From: the human T2T-CHM13v2.0 reference genome, Homo sapiens
Assembly: GCF_009914755.1 (NCBI RefSeq)
Contig: NC_060944.1
Length of the DNA: 64,000 nt
Reading direction: 5' to 3' (one strand)
The notes under the pieces were generated by a model that worked only from the letters and a program-made list of their open reading frames with translations, did no database searches and was not told where the DNA came from. Shown one piece after another: positions 1-11,757 of this stretch; the stretch's first letter is position 1, and each line of letters opens with the position of its first letter. The position numbers and the translations under genes were made by a program.

Positions 1-25
1 GCAAGGCTTTTTACAAGCATGCTAC

Positions 26-742
26 TGAAACCACCTTTGCAAAAATTGAGACAGTGAGAAAATTTTGACAGTGAAGAGATCTGACCTAACCAACCTCATT
101 GTGCCTTTAACCTCCAAACTGCCCTTGGTCATTCCTGGGTGTGGGACGAGCTAACTTTGGGAGAAATTCAGTTTGTAGTTTAACCTTAAAACCAGGATGA
201 TAATAGCCCTTTCTCAAAACTAAATCATCAGGTTAGGATTATGAGAGGGGCCTGAATCTGCTGAGATGTAAGCATAGTTAAAGGATACCCACCTTTGTTC
301 CAGAGGTCACAAGATTCATAACTTCCCCAATTACTCCTGCAGATAACATGACTATTGTAGAATCTAAGATTGACCTTTTGAGACGTCTTTTCAGACTTTT
401 GCATTTCTGAAGACCGGATGACTCTGCCTGGACCCGAGACTTGTGACCCACTGGGTCCTGTGGCCCCACCCACAAGCAAACTCAACACACCAGGACCATT
501 TCCCACACCCCTATGATTGCATCCCCAACCAATCAGCAGCACCCATTCCCTAACCCTCTTCCCACAAACTATCCTTGAAAATCCCTAAGCCCTGAATTTG
601 CAGGGAGGCTGATGTGGGTCATAATACAACTCCAGTCTCAGCTGGCTCTGCATGAATTAAACATTCGCTATTACCATTCTCCTGTCTTGATAAATCAGCT
701 CTATCTGGGCAGCCAGCAAGATGAGCCTGTCGGGTGGTTACA
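26..742 (+). mobile_element. Solo ERV1 LTR, LTR8/LTR8A-like
   Basis: Starts TGAAACCACCTTTGCAAAA and ends GGTGGTTACA (TG...CA). Perfect 4-bp TSD CTAC at 22-25 and 743-746. Matches recalled LTR8 consensus. Confidence 0.85.
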
Positions 743-1519
743 CTACTTAGATTTAAATATCAACATATTCAGCTAAAAGAGTTGAAAGCAATTGCCCGAG
801 TGTGGAAAAAAGGGGGGGAGGGCAAAGAGAGTGAGAAAATGCTTTTTTAGTAAGAAACCTTATAGAAGTATTTGCTAATCTGTTTGTACATCCCTTGGAT
901 TAAATAAATAGAAAAAAAAAAAAGATTGAAGTCATCTGTGAAGTGGCTCTGCAGCCAGTCTTGTCCCTTCCTCCTAGGGGATGGGCAGCAGCTCAGATCC
1001 AGGGCCCTCTTCTCCATCTTCCTCCCCCTCCTCCCTCCTCATACACAGTCTGACTGCAGCTTCCCAGCTGGAGCAGAAAGCAAAAGAGAAGTGATTGTAC
1101 CTAATCACCTAGGTCATTTTCTCAGAAATTGCTTTCTTTTTCACCTTTTTTCATGAGGAACAAAAAGGAACAGGAGAGGCAGCCCAATTGCTGTTCCTGT
1201 GAGCTCCGGCTCTCCGCAGGGGGCTGGCCTGAAAGGGCAAATGCCTTTGGAGCAGGCTTCAATCTTCTCTCCCTCTGGAGAGAAGCCTGCCTCAATGCTA
1301 CTCTACAAAATGAAATGGCCACTTGTGGGGAGGCAGGCAAGTCCGGGCAAAATGCTTTTCACATAAGCATGAGAGAGAAAGAGAGAGCGAGCAAGAGCGC
1401 GCACAGCTGCTAACCCGGGTGAGAAGCCCAGATCAACTTCCATTAACTCCTGTGGCTCCAAGTCTTTGAAAGTGTGTCCAAGCTGGACTCACATGGTGAT
1501 GCCAAAAGTTGACTCTGAG

Positions 1520-1620
1520 GACTGGAGTTTGAGCCCAGCTTGGGTCTAACTTGCTGTGCAGTCAGGGAAAAGTCATGTAACCTCTCTGGACGTCATTTCT
1601 GCATCTGTCGAAGGAGGTGG
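1520..1620 (+). mobile_element. MIR fragment
   Basis: Degenerate MIR core (ttgctgtgcag...aagtcatgtaacctctctgg...tttctgcatctgt). Confidence 0.5.
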
Positions 1621-2023
1621 AAGGATTTCTACTCTGAACGCTGAAAGGGGCAATAGGAAAAGAAAATGAAACCATCGTAATCCCCCCATTTGTAAATTTT
1701 GTTAGGGGATATTTGCAACATTTTCTTGGGCTTTATGTCTCAGACAAATGTTCCTTATGTTAGCTCTTAAATAAGGCTGATGTGCTATAATCGTTTCCTT
1801 CTTGTCAGTGGTGTACATGGGAGTGATAACTGTGTAACTGAGCATGGTGGCTACTGCTTGGGGAAGGAGGGACATGCACTTGGAGGCAGGTACTCCAAGG
1901 GTTTGGCAGCACACACGCAGAGGGCTTCAACCCTCTCCTCATGTCTGGAAGCTAGAAACATGGATATTCATGGTAATATTTTTCATGCCTTTTGTATGTC
2001 TACACTGGAGTCATCTACACTGG

Positions 2024-2240
2024 AGTCTACCAACCTCAGCACTGTTGACATTTTGGGCTGGTTGATTCTCTGTGGTGGGGCTGTCCTGGGCATTGTAGGA
2101 TGTTTGTCGGCATCCCTGGCCTCTACCCACTAGATGCCAGTAGCACCCTCCCCTTCTCAATTGTGACAAGCCAAAAAGATGTGTCCAGACATTGCCAAAT
2201 GTCCTCTAAGAGTAAAATTACCCCCAGTTGAGAACCACTA
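2024..2240 (-). mobile_element. MER20 (hAT-Charlie MITE)
   Basis: ctacccactagatgccagtagcac...ccagacattgccaaatgtcc...gttgagaaccact is the reverse complement of MER20. Confidence 0.85.
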
Positions 2241-3720
2241 GTCTAGAAAAAAGAGGACCTATGGCTCGGAAATATTAGATGACTTCTCCAAAGTCACAGA
2301 GTCAGTAAATGAAAGAGATGGCTCCAGCAGGCAGGCTTTTCATTGTCAGCTAGTGCTCTTTCAAACCTCTCAGAGTGCCCTCAAGAGCAGATAGCTTTAT
2401 TGTTAGGATTACAGTGGAGTTGCATCAGACGTAAATACAACGGAATACACTTGACAGAAAATAAAACGTGGGAAGATTATCTTTAGTTTTATAACAAAAA
2501 GGATAGTAAATGTATGCTAATAATGAAACATAGAATATGTAAATGTATGTAAATAATCCAGCCAGGGCATGCCCCTCTTTGGGCACCTGCCGGTGGGAGG
2601 GGGTGGTGGCAGATGGAGCTGCGATTCTGTCATTGTGTCTCCGTTGCCAAGGGCCACTCAAATATGTTCATTTAGCCATATTGAGGATGATCCTGGGGTA
2701 TGAACATCTTCAGCTGTTTCTACATCTGATGTTGGCCTTGATTAGTAATTTTAGATCCCGAGCCAACATCAGGTGCTACCCTACCGTTTTTCAAAGAGAT
2801 GGAGGCTGCTGATGCCATGTCTCCAGAGCAGAGCAGGGTGGCAACTGGTTGGCTGGAACCTGCGGGCCCATCATGGGTAAGAGGAAATGAAAATTCTGGA
2901 AAGGTGAATAAATTGTAAGCAAGCACCTCACGGCTTACATAACGTAATTGAAATTTCCAGAAGCAGATGGATGATGCCCTAGATCCAAAGGCACAGTAAC
3001 TAGATGGTTTTATGACAAGGGCAGCTCATCAAATGTCAGGGACGTTCTGATGCAGAATTGCAGATGTCAGGGCTAGCGGGGCAGTTGGACGATGGGGACT
3101 CTAACACCTCTTCCAACTCATTGCTTTTCATTAAGTTATTAGATATGAAAAAAAATACTTCTAGTCCAGACTGTCATTTGACCTTTCAGTGGGCCCCTGA
3201 CTACGTCTCTGACTACGTTTTTAAACTGATGGTCAGCAAATGCATCCCAGGTATGCGTCCTGGGAGGAAACAGTGGGTAATCTGTGCCACACTGCATTTA
3301 ACTCACCAACAAATTCCACCTCACATTGAGGGGGATGATGAGATGCAGAGATGGGCTTGACACAGGGCAGGAATTCAGCTAGTCTTTGGGCTCCTTAGAG
3401 GGAGGCCTTGGGCACTGAATGCCATGATGTCTAAAAGCCCAGAAAGCTTGGAAAACCTATAGAAAGAATGTGAGAATGATTCGAACGGCCTTCCCAGGCA
3501 TAAAACAGGGGGGAGATACTGCTCATTCAAGTGGCCCCTGCAAGCTTCCTCAGTGTCCTTGAGGAATCATTGGCTAAAGAGCCTTGGCTACCCAGTGGTT
3601 AGGAGGATCTATGGTTATGGGCTGGAGCCAGGCTGCCTGGGAGTTAGATGCAGCAACCTCACATGGTGCTGTGCAACACTGAGCAGGTTAATTAATCTCT
3701 CTGGTTTTGTTTGTTTGTTT

Positions 3721-3724
<4 letters not shown>

Positions 3725-3749
<25 letters not shown>
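3725..3749. repeat. (TG)12 microsatellite
   Basis: Seen directly. Confidence 0.95.
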
Positions 3750-3751
<2 letters not shown>

Positions 3752-3778
3752 ACAAAATGGAATTATCATGAAGATAAA

Positions 3779-3859
3779 TATTAAGTTCAGCTATATGAAA
3801 TTGCTATTCCCCACAGGAAATTGTCAACCATAGGCAATTTCATATGATTCAACCTAATA
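3779..3859. mobile_element. MADE2-like mariner MITE (palindromic, ~80 bp)
   Basis: tattaagttcagctatatgaaattgc ... gcaatttcatatgattcaacctaata: 26-bp TIRs (21/26 complementary), TA ends. Confidence 0.75.
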
Positions 3860-4007
3860 TTCCATAGGGAATGAAGTTAACAGTTGAAAAGTTCTGACCA
3901 AAGTGCCTAGCACTGAATAAGCCCCAGGTAAATGTTAGTATCTTACTTACAAAAGTTTAGGGAAATGTACAGCATCTTCTCTATGTGTTTGTGTGGTGTG
4001 CTTCACA

Positions 4008-4845
4008 CTAGTGATCTTCAAACTCTATCACAACCTATCTCTATTAGTCAGGGTTCCCTAAAGGGACAGAACTATTAGGATATATGTATGTATGAAGGGG
4101 AGTTTATCGGGAGAATTGATTCACAAGAGCGCAAGGTGAAGTCCCACAATAGGCCATCTGCAAGCTGAGGGACAAGGAAGCCAGTCGGAGTCCCAAAAGC
4201 TCAAAAGTAGGGGAGCCAACAGTGCAGCCTTCAGTCTGTGGCCCGAGAGTCCCTGGCAAACCACTGGTATAAGTTCAAGAGTCCAAAAGCTGAAGAACTT
4301 GGAGTCTGATGTTCGAGGGCAGGAAGCATCTAGCACAGCAGAAAGGTGGAGGCCAGAACACTCTGCCAGTCTACTCCTTCCATGCTCCTCTGCCTGCTTT
4401 TATTCTAGCCGTGCTGGCAGCTGATTAGATGGTGCCCACCCAGATTGAGGGTGGGTCTGCCTCTCCCAGTCCACTGCCTCAAATGTTAATCTCCTTTGGC
4501 AACATCCTCACAGACACACCCAGGAACAATATTTTGCATCCTTCAATCCAATCGAGTTAACACTTATTAACCATCACACCATCAGAGGGTTGTGAGCTGT
4601 TAATAGGTTAAGAAACAAAATCAGTGGGTCAGAATTTTTCCCAACAGGACGGAATAGGGGAGAAGACAATAGGATATTTTACACATCATAAAATAAATAT
4701 TGCTTTAAGAGGCTTGTCAATTCCATCACGTGTGTGTGTCTGTCCACATGTGCGTGTGTCTATGCACGAGTGTGTACCGGATCACAGTGAAAGATACATT
4801 TCATGCTACGCATTAGAGTTGAATAAAGTTTTAAAGTCAGCTCAC
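4008..4845 (+). mobile_element. hAT-Charlie-like MITE (Charlie4-like) split by MLT2A
   Basis: tagtgatcttcaaact... at the left; tgtgtaccggatcacagtgaaagatacatttc...aaagttttaaagtcagct at the right. Highly diverged. Confidence 0.35.
4040..4578 (-). mobile_element. Solo ERVL LTR, MLT2A (MLT2A2-like)
   Basis: tattagtcagggtt...agaacttggagtctgatgttcgagggcaggaagcatc...cagattgagggtgggtctgcc...ttaaccatcaca. 5-bp TSD ctatc/ccatc. Confidence 0.9.
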
Positions 4846-4889
4846 TCGACCATATATACTGGACCTTATGAGTACTTAAGGGAATTTTT

Positions 4890-5090
4890 AAGAGTAATTT
4901 TGACTGTGCCACTCACTAATCTGTGGTCTTGAGCAAGTTACTGGGCCTCTCTGTGTCTCAGTTTCTTCATCTAGAAAGCAGTGAAGACCCTTGCACCTGC
5001 CTCCCAGGACTGAGGTGAGAAAAGCAGGTAAGAGGCTTGGCGTATTTCCTGGCATGTAATGAAGAGCCCAGAAGGTGCTAGCTGCTGCTG
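4890..5090 (+). mobile_element. MIR
   Basis: ctgtggtcttgagcaagttactgggcctctctgtgtctcagtttcttcatct core. Confidence 0.7.
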
Positions 5091-6674
5091 TTTTGCTTGT
5101 TCTTTAATTTCCATGGCACGAATGACATTGCAGAAGGTGAGGCTCTACTGCTAAAGGAAGAAATTGATTTATCCCTGATTTGGGGGAAAGCTCACAAGGC
5201 AGAACATTCTTCGATAAAATAACCTAAGAATATCAAACAGCAAACAATTACCCACATGTAAACAATTACACTGCACTAAGTAACTCTGTTATAGAAAGAT
5301 GGCATCACTGTAGGGAGAGATCAATCCAAGAGGACTTCCTGGAGGAGGAAGTTCTCAGCTGATCTCAAAAAAGATTCAGGGGTGGGATTGGAGGAAGGCT
5401 GGGTCAAGGACATCTGGGGAGAAAAAAGGATTGTGGAAAGTTCAAGATGTGATCGGTAAATCATGCACAAATGCCAGGATCAAGAGCTGGACCCACCTCC
5501 TGGAGAGGGACCACGGTCAGACAATGCTCTCTGGGGTTCACAGGCAAGGGACAAATCAGACATCACGAGAGCTCACTGTTGATGGCATATTATGATCATG
5601 TCAGGGCCGGGCATCTGCCTAAGTACTACAAATGTTTATGAATATTAATAAGCATTTTGTTCCCAAAGGACCACAAATCAGTTAATTAGGGCCCTGTCAA
5701 CCTGTTTATATTATCTATAAATGAAAACCCGTCAGCAACCAAACATGAAATTAAGTGAGCCGTGTGTGGGCTGCCACCATCTCTGGATAAACAACACTGC
5801 CAGTTCCCGTGTGAGCCCCACCCTCGGTACAAAGGAGGATATTCTCCTCACCACTCTCATTTTAATCAAGGCAGTGGTTACAGGAGGCCCATGATAGAGG
5901 GTGCCTCAGGTTTCACCACTGCATGTGGGGGGATGATTTAAGACTGTCGGTAAATTAGCTGCAATCCAGAGTCTTGGAGGAGAAGAAGAATTACCTATAA
6001 ATCAATGTTCCATGGACAGGTAATCAGGCCCCCATTCCAAGCCCTGATTACGCTGGACCCAGCAGTCCATCTGTCTCGTCTTCCTGGGGTGATGGGGCTG
6101 GGATGGGGGCACTGAGTCATTGGCCCCACCTGGATCATGTTTGCGTCTGGACAGGTCAGTGTCCCTGAGCCCAGGTGTCTTAAGTGTGTTTCCTGGAACA
6201 ATCCTCAAGAAATCACAGGGCCCTAGAGGCAGAAGCAGAGAGAGAGAGAGAGATGGAGAGAGCGGCAGGGACTGAGAAAGAGATAGATTCATTCAAAAAC
6301 AGTGTGTGCTGAGCACTGGGCTCGCAGCCCAAGATAGACACGTCAGTGAGCAACGGAACAGACAAGAGAGGTGGCAGGCGACAGAGGAGCCAAGGACCCC
6401 GCAGACCAGAGCATGCCCTGAACTGATCAAGGCGAGATGCCCTGTCCTCCACCTCATGACACGGGTGACTCCTTCCGAAAAATTTCCTTCCCAAAAACTC
6501 CTTCTGGGGCAAATCCTTGTTAATATTTTTTCCTCTATGCAAAAAACTATGGTTTATTGACCATTTTTATGCTAAAACAACACTAAATTCCAACAAGTTG
6601 CATTAAAATGGGCACAATGGCTTGAAGAATTAGAATTAATGATCAAAATTCAACCTAACAAGAGCCATCCCTGC

Positions 6675-6890
6675 GGTAGAGAACTGGGGTAGAAAACACA
6701 GATCCTGGAGCCATCTCCCTGGTTTGAATCCAGGCTCTGCCATTTGCTGGCTGTGTGACCTTGGGTAAGCTACTTACACGGTTTGTGCCTCAGTTTCCTC
6801 ATCTGTAATATGAGGATAATAACAGGATTGACCATGTGGCAGGATTGAAGGAGTTAATATATGTGAAGTGAACATATCAGCTGTCTAATA
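6675..6890 (+). mobile_element. MIR
   Basis: ggtttgaatccaggctctgcc...gctgtgtgaccttgggtaag...gcctcagtttcctcatctgtaa. Confidence 0.85.
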
Positions 6891-7186
6891 ATTGCCTGCT
6901 TGAGGGGAAGTAAGTAAAGATGTTTAGGGCCTGCAGCCTAGTTGTAGCACAAACCAGCTGTGCAACCTTGAGATATTACTTAACCTCTCTGTTGTCTCAT
7001 ACTCTCTATTTCCCCTTCCTGTGGGAGTAAAGTGGATCTACTTAGCCAGGTTTGCTCATGAGGATGGGAACCATGCATCTATGTTGTAGGTTTGCTTACT
7101 TGGTTCTTGTCGCCGTCCCACCAAAAGGTAAGCTCTGGGGTAGGGACGTGGTGTGACCAACTGTTCCCTGCTGCCTGCAGGGTCCC

Positions 7187-7345
7187 CAGGCCCAGCTTCA
7201 CAGGCTTGTGACCTGTGCAGCCTCCCATGCTCAGAAGAGCCCCCGACTTGGCTTAGTGCTCTATTGTCACCATCTTAAAATTCTTAAATGTCTTTGAACA
7301 TGAAACCCTGTATTTCCATTTTGCACTGGGCCTGCATAGCAGGGA
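7187..7345 (+). mobile_element. MER91A-like (hAT-Tip100 MITE)
   Basis: gtgacctgtgcag...ctcagaagagccc...catcttaaaattcttaa...cattttgcactgggcc. Confidence 0.65.
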
Positions 7346-7684
7346 TCTGATCCAACCCACACACATGTACTAGGTGTGATTCTGGTGGCAGGAAGCCTCT
7401 TTCATCTCTTCCTAAACATGTGAGCATCATTTTCTCCCTTGAGCTCGCTGCTGCTCTGTGCCTTTCTGTGGGGAAAGGGGAACACCCCCCCAACCCTGGA
7501 ACTCCAGGTCCCTGCCCTGCTTTCCCTAAAAAGGGTCCCTCTGTCCCTCACAGATGTGCTGGGAGGTGTAAGCACATTTTCCCAGTTGAGAAGTGATCCA
7601 GAGTCACCCCGACATCGTGCCCAGCACTGAGCTGGGTCAGGCTGGAGAGAAATGGTGTTGGCCACAGAATCTGCCATCCCATTG

Positions 7685-8139
7685 CTATTAGTGTCCTGTG
7701 GCTGCTGTGACAAATCACTGCAAACTTCGGGGCTTACAACAATAGGAATTTATTCTCTCACAGTTCTGAAGACAGGAGTCTGAAATCGCGGAGTCTGCAG
7801 GGCCTCGCTTCATCCAGTGTCTCTCAGGGAGATGCCTTCACAGCCTCTCTCAGCTTTGGGCAGCCCCAGGTGTTCTCGGCTTGTGGTGGCCTCAGTTGAG
7901 TCCCATCCTTCATTTTCACAGGTCTTCCCCTCTGTGTCTGTGTCTCCCTCTTCTGTCTCATAAAAGCACTTGTCATGGTTGTAGGACCTACCCGATTAAT
8001 CCAGGATAGTCTCCCTCAAGAGTCTTCACTTCATTATGTCTGCAAAGACTCATTTTCTAAATAAGGTCCCATTCACAGGCACCAGAGGTGGAGGCCTTGG
8101 TCATATCTTCTTGGGGGCCACAGTTCCATGCACTCCATA
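7685..8139 (-). mobile_element. MaLR LTR, MLT1C-like
   Basis: tattagtgtcctgtggctgctgtgacaaat...tttattctctcacagttctg...tctgcaaagactcattttctaaataaggtcccattcacagg. Confidence 0.85.
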
Positions 8140-8254
8140 TCCAAGATGGGGCAGAGAATGCCATGAGGGCAAAGGAAGGCAGGAGCATGGCAGTAGCAGC
8201 TTATCCGAGCACAGCTCTTCTGCGTGCCGGGAGAGGTTCCCGTTGCCTTGCATG

Positions 8255-8430
8255 TTCGTTAACTCATTTGCTTTGCATATCAACCGATGCTATGACTGTA
8301 CCCATTTTACAGATAAGGAAACTGATGCACATGCAAAACCAAGTCATTGCTTCAAGACATCCAGCGAGGACAGGTCAGAGCTGGCAGTGGAAGCCAGTAA
8401 GTCTTCCGTCTATAGAGTCTGAGCTCCAAC
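8255..8430 (-). mobile_element. MIR
   Basis: cccattttacagataaggaaactga core. Confidence 0.7.
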
Positions 8431-8451
8431 CCACCTGCACCACTGTGGGCT

Positions 8452-8735
8452 AGGGTCTCAGATGTAGGTGGCCTGGGGCCAGGCAGGTGACATAAAGAGT
8501 GAAGGGGCCTCCAGAAAGTGGCCAGGGCTCGGGTGAACTGGAGAGGGAGGTGGGATGTCGTTCCTCAGCACCACCCAAATGCAGCGGTTTCAACTCTCCC
8601 TATTTTCCAAAAAGGGAGTAAAATCCAGGCTTTTATGTGGAAATTCCCAACGATCAGATTTGGTGATTGATATATTTTTTAAAAGCAAAATGAAACTCAT
8701 CAGTAGTCTGTAAATCAGCAGTCAGCTACCACCTC
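8452..8735 (+). mobile_element. MER102-like (hAT-Charlie)
   Basis: ggggccaggcaggtgacataaagagtgaag...gaactggagag...aaatccaggcttttatgtggaaattccc. Confidence 0.55.
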
Positions 8736-9436
8736 CACGGTAAAGGAGAGGGTCATTAATTCTGACTTTGGGAGTCAAGAACACAAGAATGGCCAGCGCT
8801 GATTTAGGGGACGCAAGGCCCTTCCGTGGGCACAGCCGTGCTTGGCAGAGCCGCGGGCGCTTGTGGCTCCCTGCGATCGCTGACTCTTAAGTCCTGCTCT
8901 CATCTGGCCCTAAAGAAGCCATCAGCAGGAGGTGACAGCGACCGTAATTCTGTTTTTATGATTACTGAGCAACGGTCATTTCAGGCTGAGTGGTGCTGAG
9001 TGATGGGTGGTGATTTAGGCGCCTTACAGAGGGATTAGGGAGGTAAAGCTAAATGCATTTTCCTCCGAGGCCCAGACTGGCTGCAAACAAGTTTCCATGG
9101 AGGATGCTGATAAAAAGCAAATTATTTTATTCTGTTCACAATCAATTCCAACTCCAGACTGCAGACTTCCCCAAGAAATAAAGCATTAACACTTATCGTA
9201 TGGAGCTGAATTCTTTGAGGAATAGTAATTCTTAAACAGACAGAGGCAACATAGTTTTAAACCATTAAAATCCAGCGTGTGCACTTGCTCATCCTTCTTC
9301 TTAATGAGCCTTGCGCCGTCTCCATGTATTTGGTGTAAGAAATGAATTCAAATCACATTTCATTGACAGGGAAAGGGGTGCCCTTGGGGGCATTTGTACT
9401 AGAAATAGACATTTTTGCAATGGGGTTGTCGGCTTG

Positions 9437-9993
9437 TGTGGTGGACGCTGGGTCTTTCTGATTGTTCAGCAGCCATTCCCCCATTCTCTGGCCCCAGGTG
9501 TTCTTGGCTCACAAACTCAATCCCTGTGCTTTGGGTGGATCCAGGGTTGGCCACGTGACCCAGACCTGGCCCTTCCATTGTCCAGCCTCAGTCACTGGTA
9601 GGGGTGGGGATGGGGCTGAAGATGCAACCCTGGTTGGTCTAGTCAGAGCCGATCCCGGATCGCTGCTGGCACAACAGGGACTGAGGCCTCTCCTGATCTC
9701 ACAGTCACTGTGAGGGCAGGATAGCGGCCTGAGGTTGCTGCTCATCATGTCTTTCATTCCTGCCAGCTGAGAATGGGGCCAACCTAGAGAACAGAGGAAC
9801 TGAGAGACAGAGAGAAATGGATCAGTGTTTCCAGAGTCCAGAATCCAAGTCACTTAAACCCTGGATCCAGCTGCATCTGAGGCCATAAACCCTTCGAGCT
9901 TTCATTTACAGAAGTGATCATACTCCTTTTTACTTTAGTCCATCTGATTTGGGTTTCTGTCACTCACTTGCAACCAAAAAAGTCCTGGCACAC
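9437..9993 (+). mobile_element. Old MaLR LTR (MLT1K/L-like)
   Basis: cacgtgacccagacctggcc...ccctggatccagctgcatctgaggcc...gggtttctgtcactcacttgcaaccaaaaaagtcctg. Confidence 0.7.
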
Positions 9994-11094
9994 ACCTCCT
10001 TGTAAGACACCATCTTTTCCAGAGCACTGGTCTAGCCCATGATTTTCCCCAAAGGTGACAGCACAGAGACAATTCTTCTCTCTCTGCTCAGTCAGACATA
10101 CACTGGCCTGGGGTCCTCTGGTCATTTTCCTTGCTTCTCTTAAGGCCCTGTTCCAAACATGCAAATCACGGATCCTTCCATGGTTAATCTCTCCTGGGCA
10201 GAGGTTGAGGGAAGGTAGAGGTCACCGGCACATAGTTCATTTGCAAATATATGCTGATGACATCTATCTTCCCTCAACCAATGCACCCTCAGGTTGGGCC
10301 CTGGCTATCTAACACTGCAAAAAGCCTTCACCTGCCTAGAGTGATTCCGGAAACACCAAGAAGCATGCCCTCCCTGTTTCCCCAAATCCTTCCCACACCA
10401 TCGCTGCTGCCTGGAATGCCAGCATTAGGGAGTCTCGTTTTGAATTTCCAGATGAAGAAAATCATCCTGGAGAAAAGCAACACTTTAAACCTCACATTAA
10501 AGCTTCTTCAATGAGAATATGAGAATCCGTTTTCCACGAGCAATTGTTGATAAGAGAAAGGTAGAATTTGTGGCACGGTCCAATCTTAGTCTCAGCATTT
10601 ACGATATTTTGGGAGCATGAAAATCTCTGGAGATGTGACCTAGTGGAGTAGAAAGATAACGGGAGGCCTGGTTTCTAATCCTGCTGGAGATTCATTTACC
10701 CAGCAAATACTTACTGAACATTATTACGTGACAAACTCTGTGCAAAGCACCAGAACGTTGTGAGTTGTATGACTTTGGGCGTTTTCTGAGTTGCAGGGGT
10801 GAGGCCAGAAACAGTGAAGATGAGGACATTTGGACACTTTCCCTTCCTGCACCATGGCATGCATTACTAAATGATCAGGACACTCCATCCTGCTGGGGGC
10901 TTGAGCATGTTCTTAGCGGGTACCAGGTGGCTGCATCAGTCAGAATGGGCTAGATTATGCTGTGTAAGAAACACATAAGCTGTTTCATGGCTCACAAGAG
11001 CAAAGGTGACTTTTTCACGGGGCTGCAGGTCCTCCACAGCCGGACTGCCACTCAGCTCCAAGCCACCTGCCATCCAGAACTCCAAGCTCTATCA

Positions 11095-11757
11095 CAGGGT
11101 TTCCCAACCTCAGCACTACTGGCATTCTCTATCGTGGGGGCTGTTCTGTGCAGAGAAGGATGTTTAGCAGCATCTGTGGCCTCCACCGATGTCATGGGTT
11201 GAATTGTGCCCCCCAACCCTTTTCATATGTTAAAGTCCTAAGCCCAGATACTTCAGAATGTGGCCTTATTTGGAAATGGGGTTGCTGCAGATGTAATTAG
11301 CTAAGATGAAGTCACACTGGAGTAGGGTGGGGCTGTAATCCAAAGTGACTAGCGTCCCTAGAAAAGGGGGAAAATTGGATGCAGACATGCGCACAGAGAG
11401 AACGCCATGTGAAGACGAAGGCAGAGATGAGGGTGATGCTTCTATGAGCTAAGAAACACCAAAGGTGGCCAGTGACACACCAGAAACTAGAGGAGAGGCA
11501 CAGAACAGATTCTCCTCACAGTCCTCAGAAGAACCGACCCCACCGACACCTTGATCTGGGACTCCAGAACTGTGAGCCTGTTGTTTCTGTTGTTGAAGCT
11601 GCCCAGTCTGTGGTACCATGTTACTGCAGCCCTAGCAAACAAATTCAACTGCAGGGTGCCCGTAGCACCCTTCCTCCAAGTCATGGCACCCAAAAATGTC
11701 TCCAGACATTGTGAACGGTCCCTTGGGTGTCAGAATCCTCCTGGGCTGAGGAGCACG
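11095..11757 (-). mobile_element. MER20 split by MLT1C
   Basis: cagggtttcccaacctcagcact... and ...aaaaatgtctccagacattg. 8-bp TSD ctctatca (11087-11094) / ctctacca (11758-11765). Confidence 0.8.
11190..11647 (+). mobile_element. MaLR LTR, MLT1C-like
   Basis: tgtcatgggttgaattgtgcccc...cagaatgtggccttatttggaaatggg...gcagccctagcaaacaaattca. Confidence 0.85.

Larger units (their letters stand above)
3590..3945 (+). mobile_element. MIR interrupted by (TG)n and MADE2
   Basis: ctggagccaggctgcctggg...gcaggttaattaatctctctg at the left; cctagcactgaataagccccaggtaaatgttag tail at the right. Confidence 0.6.
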
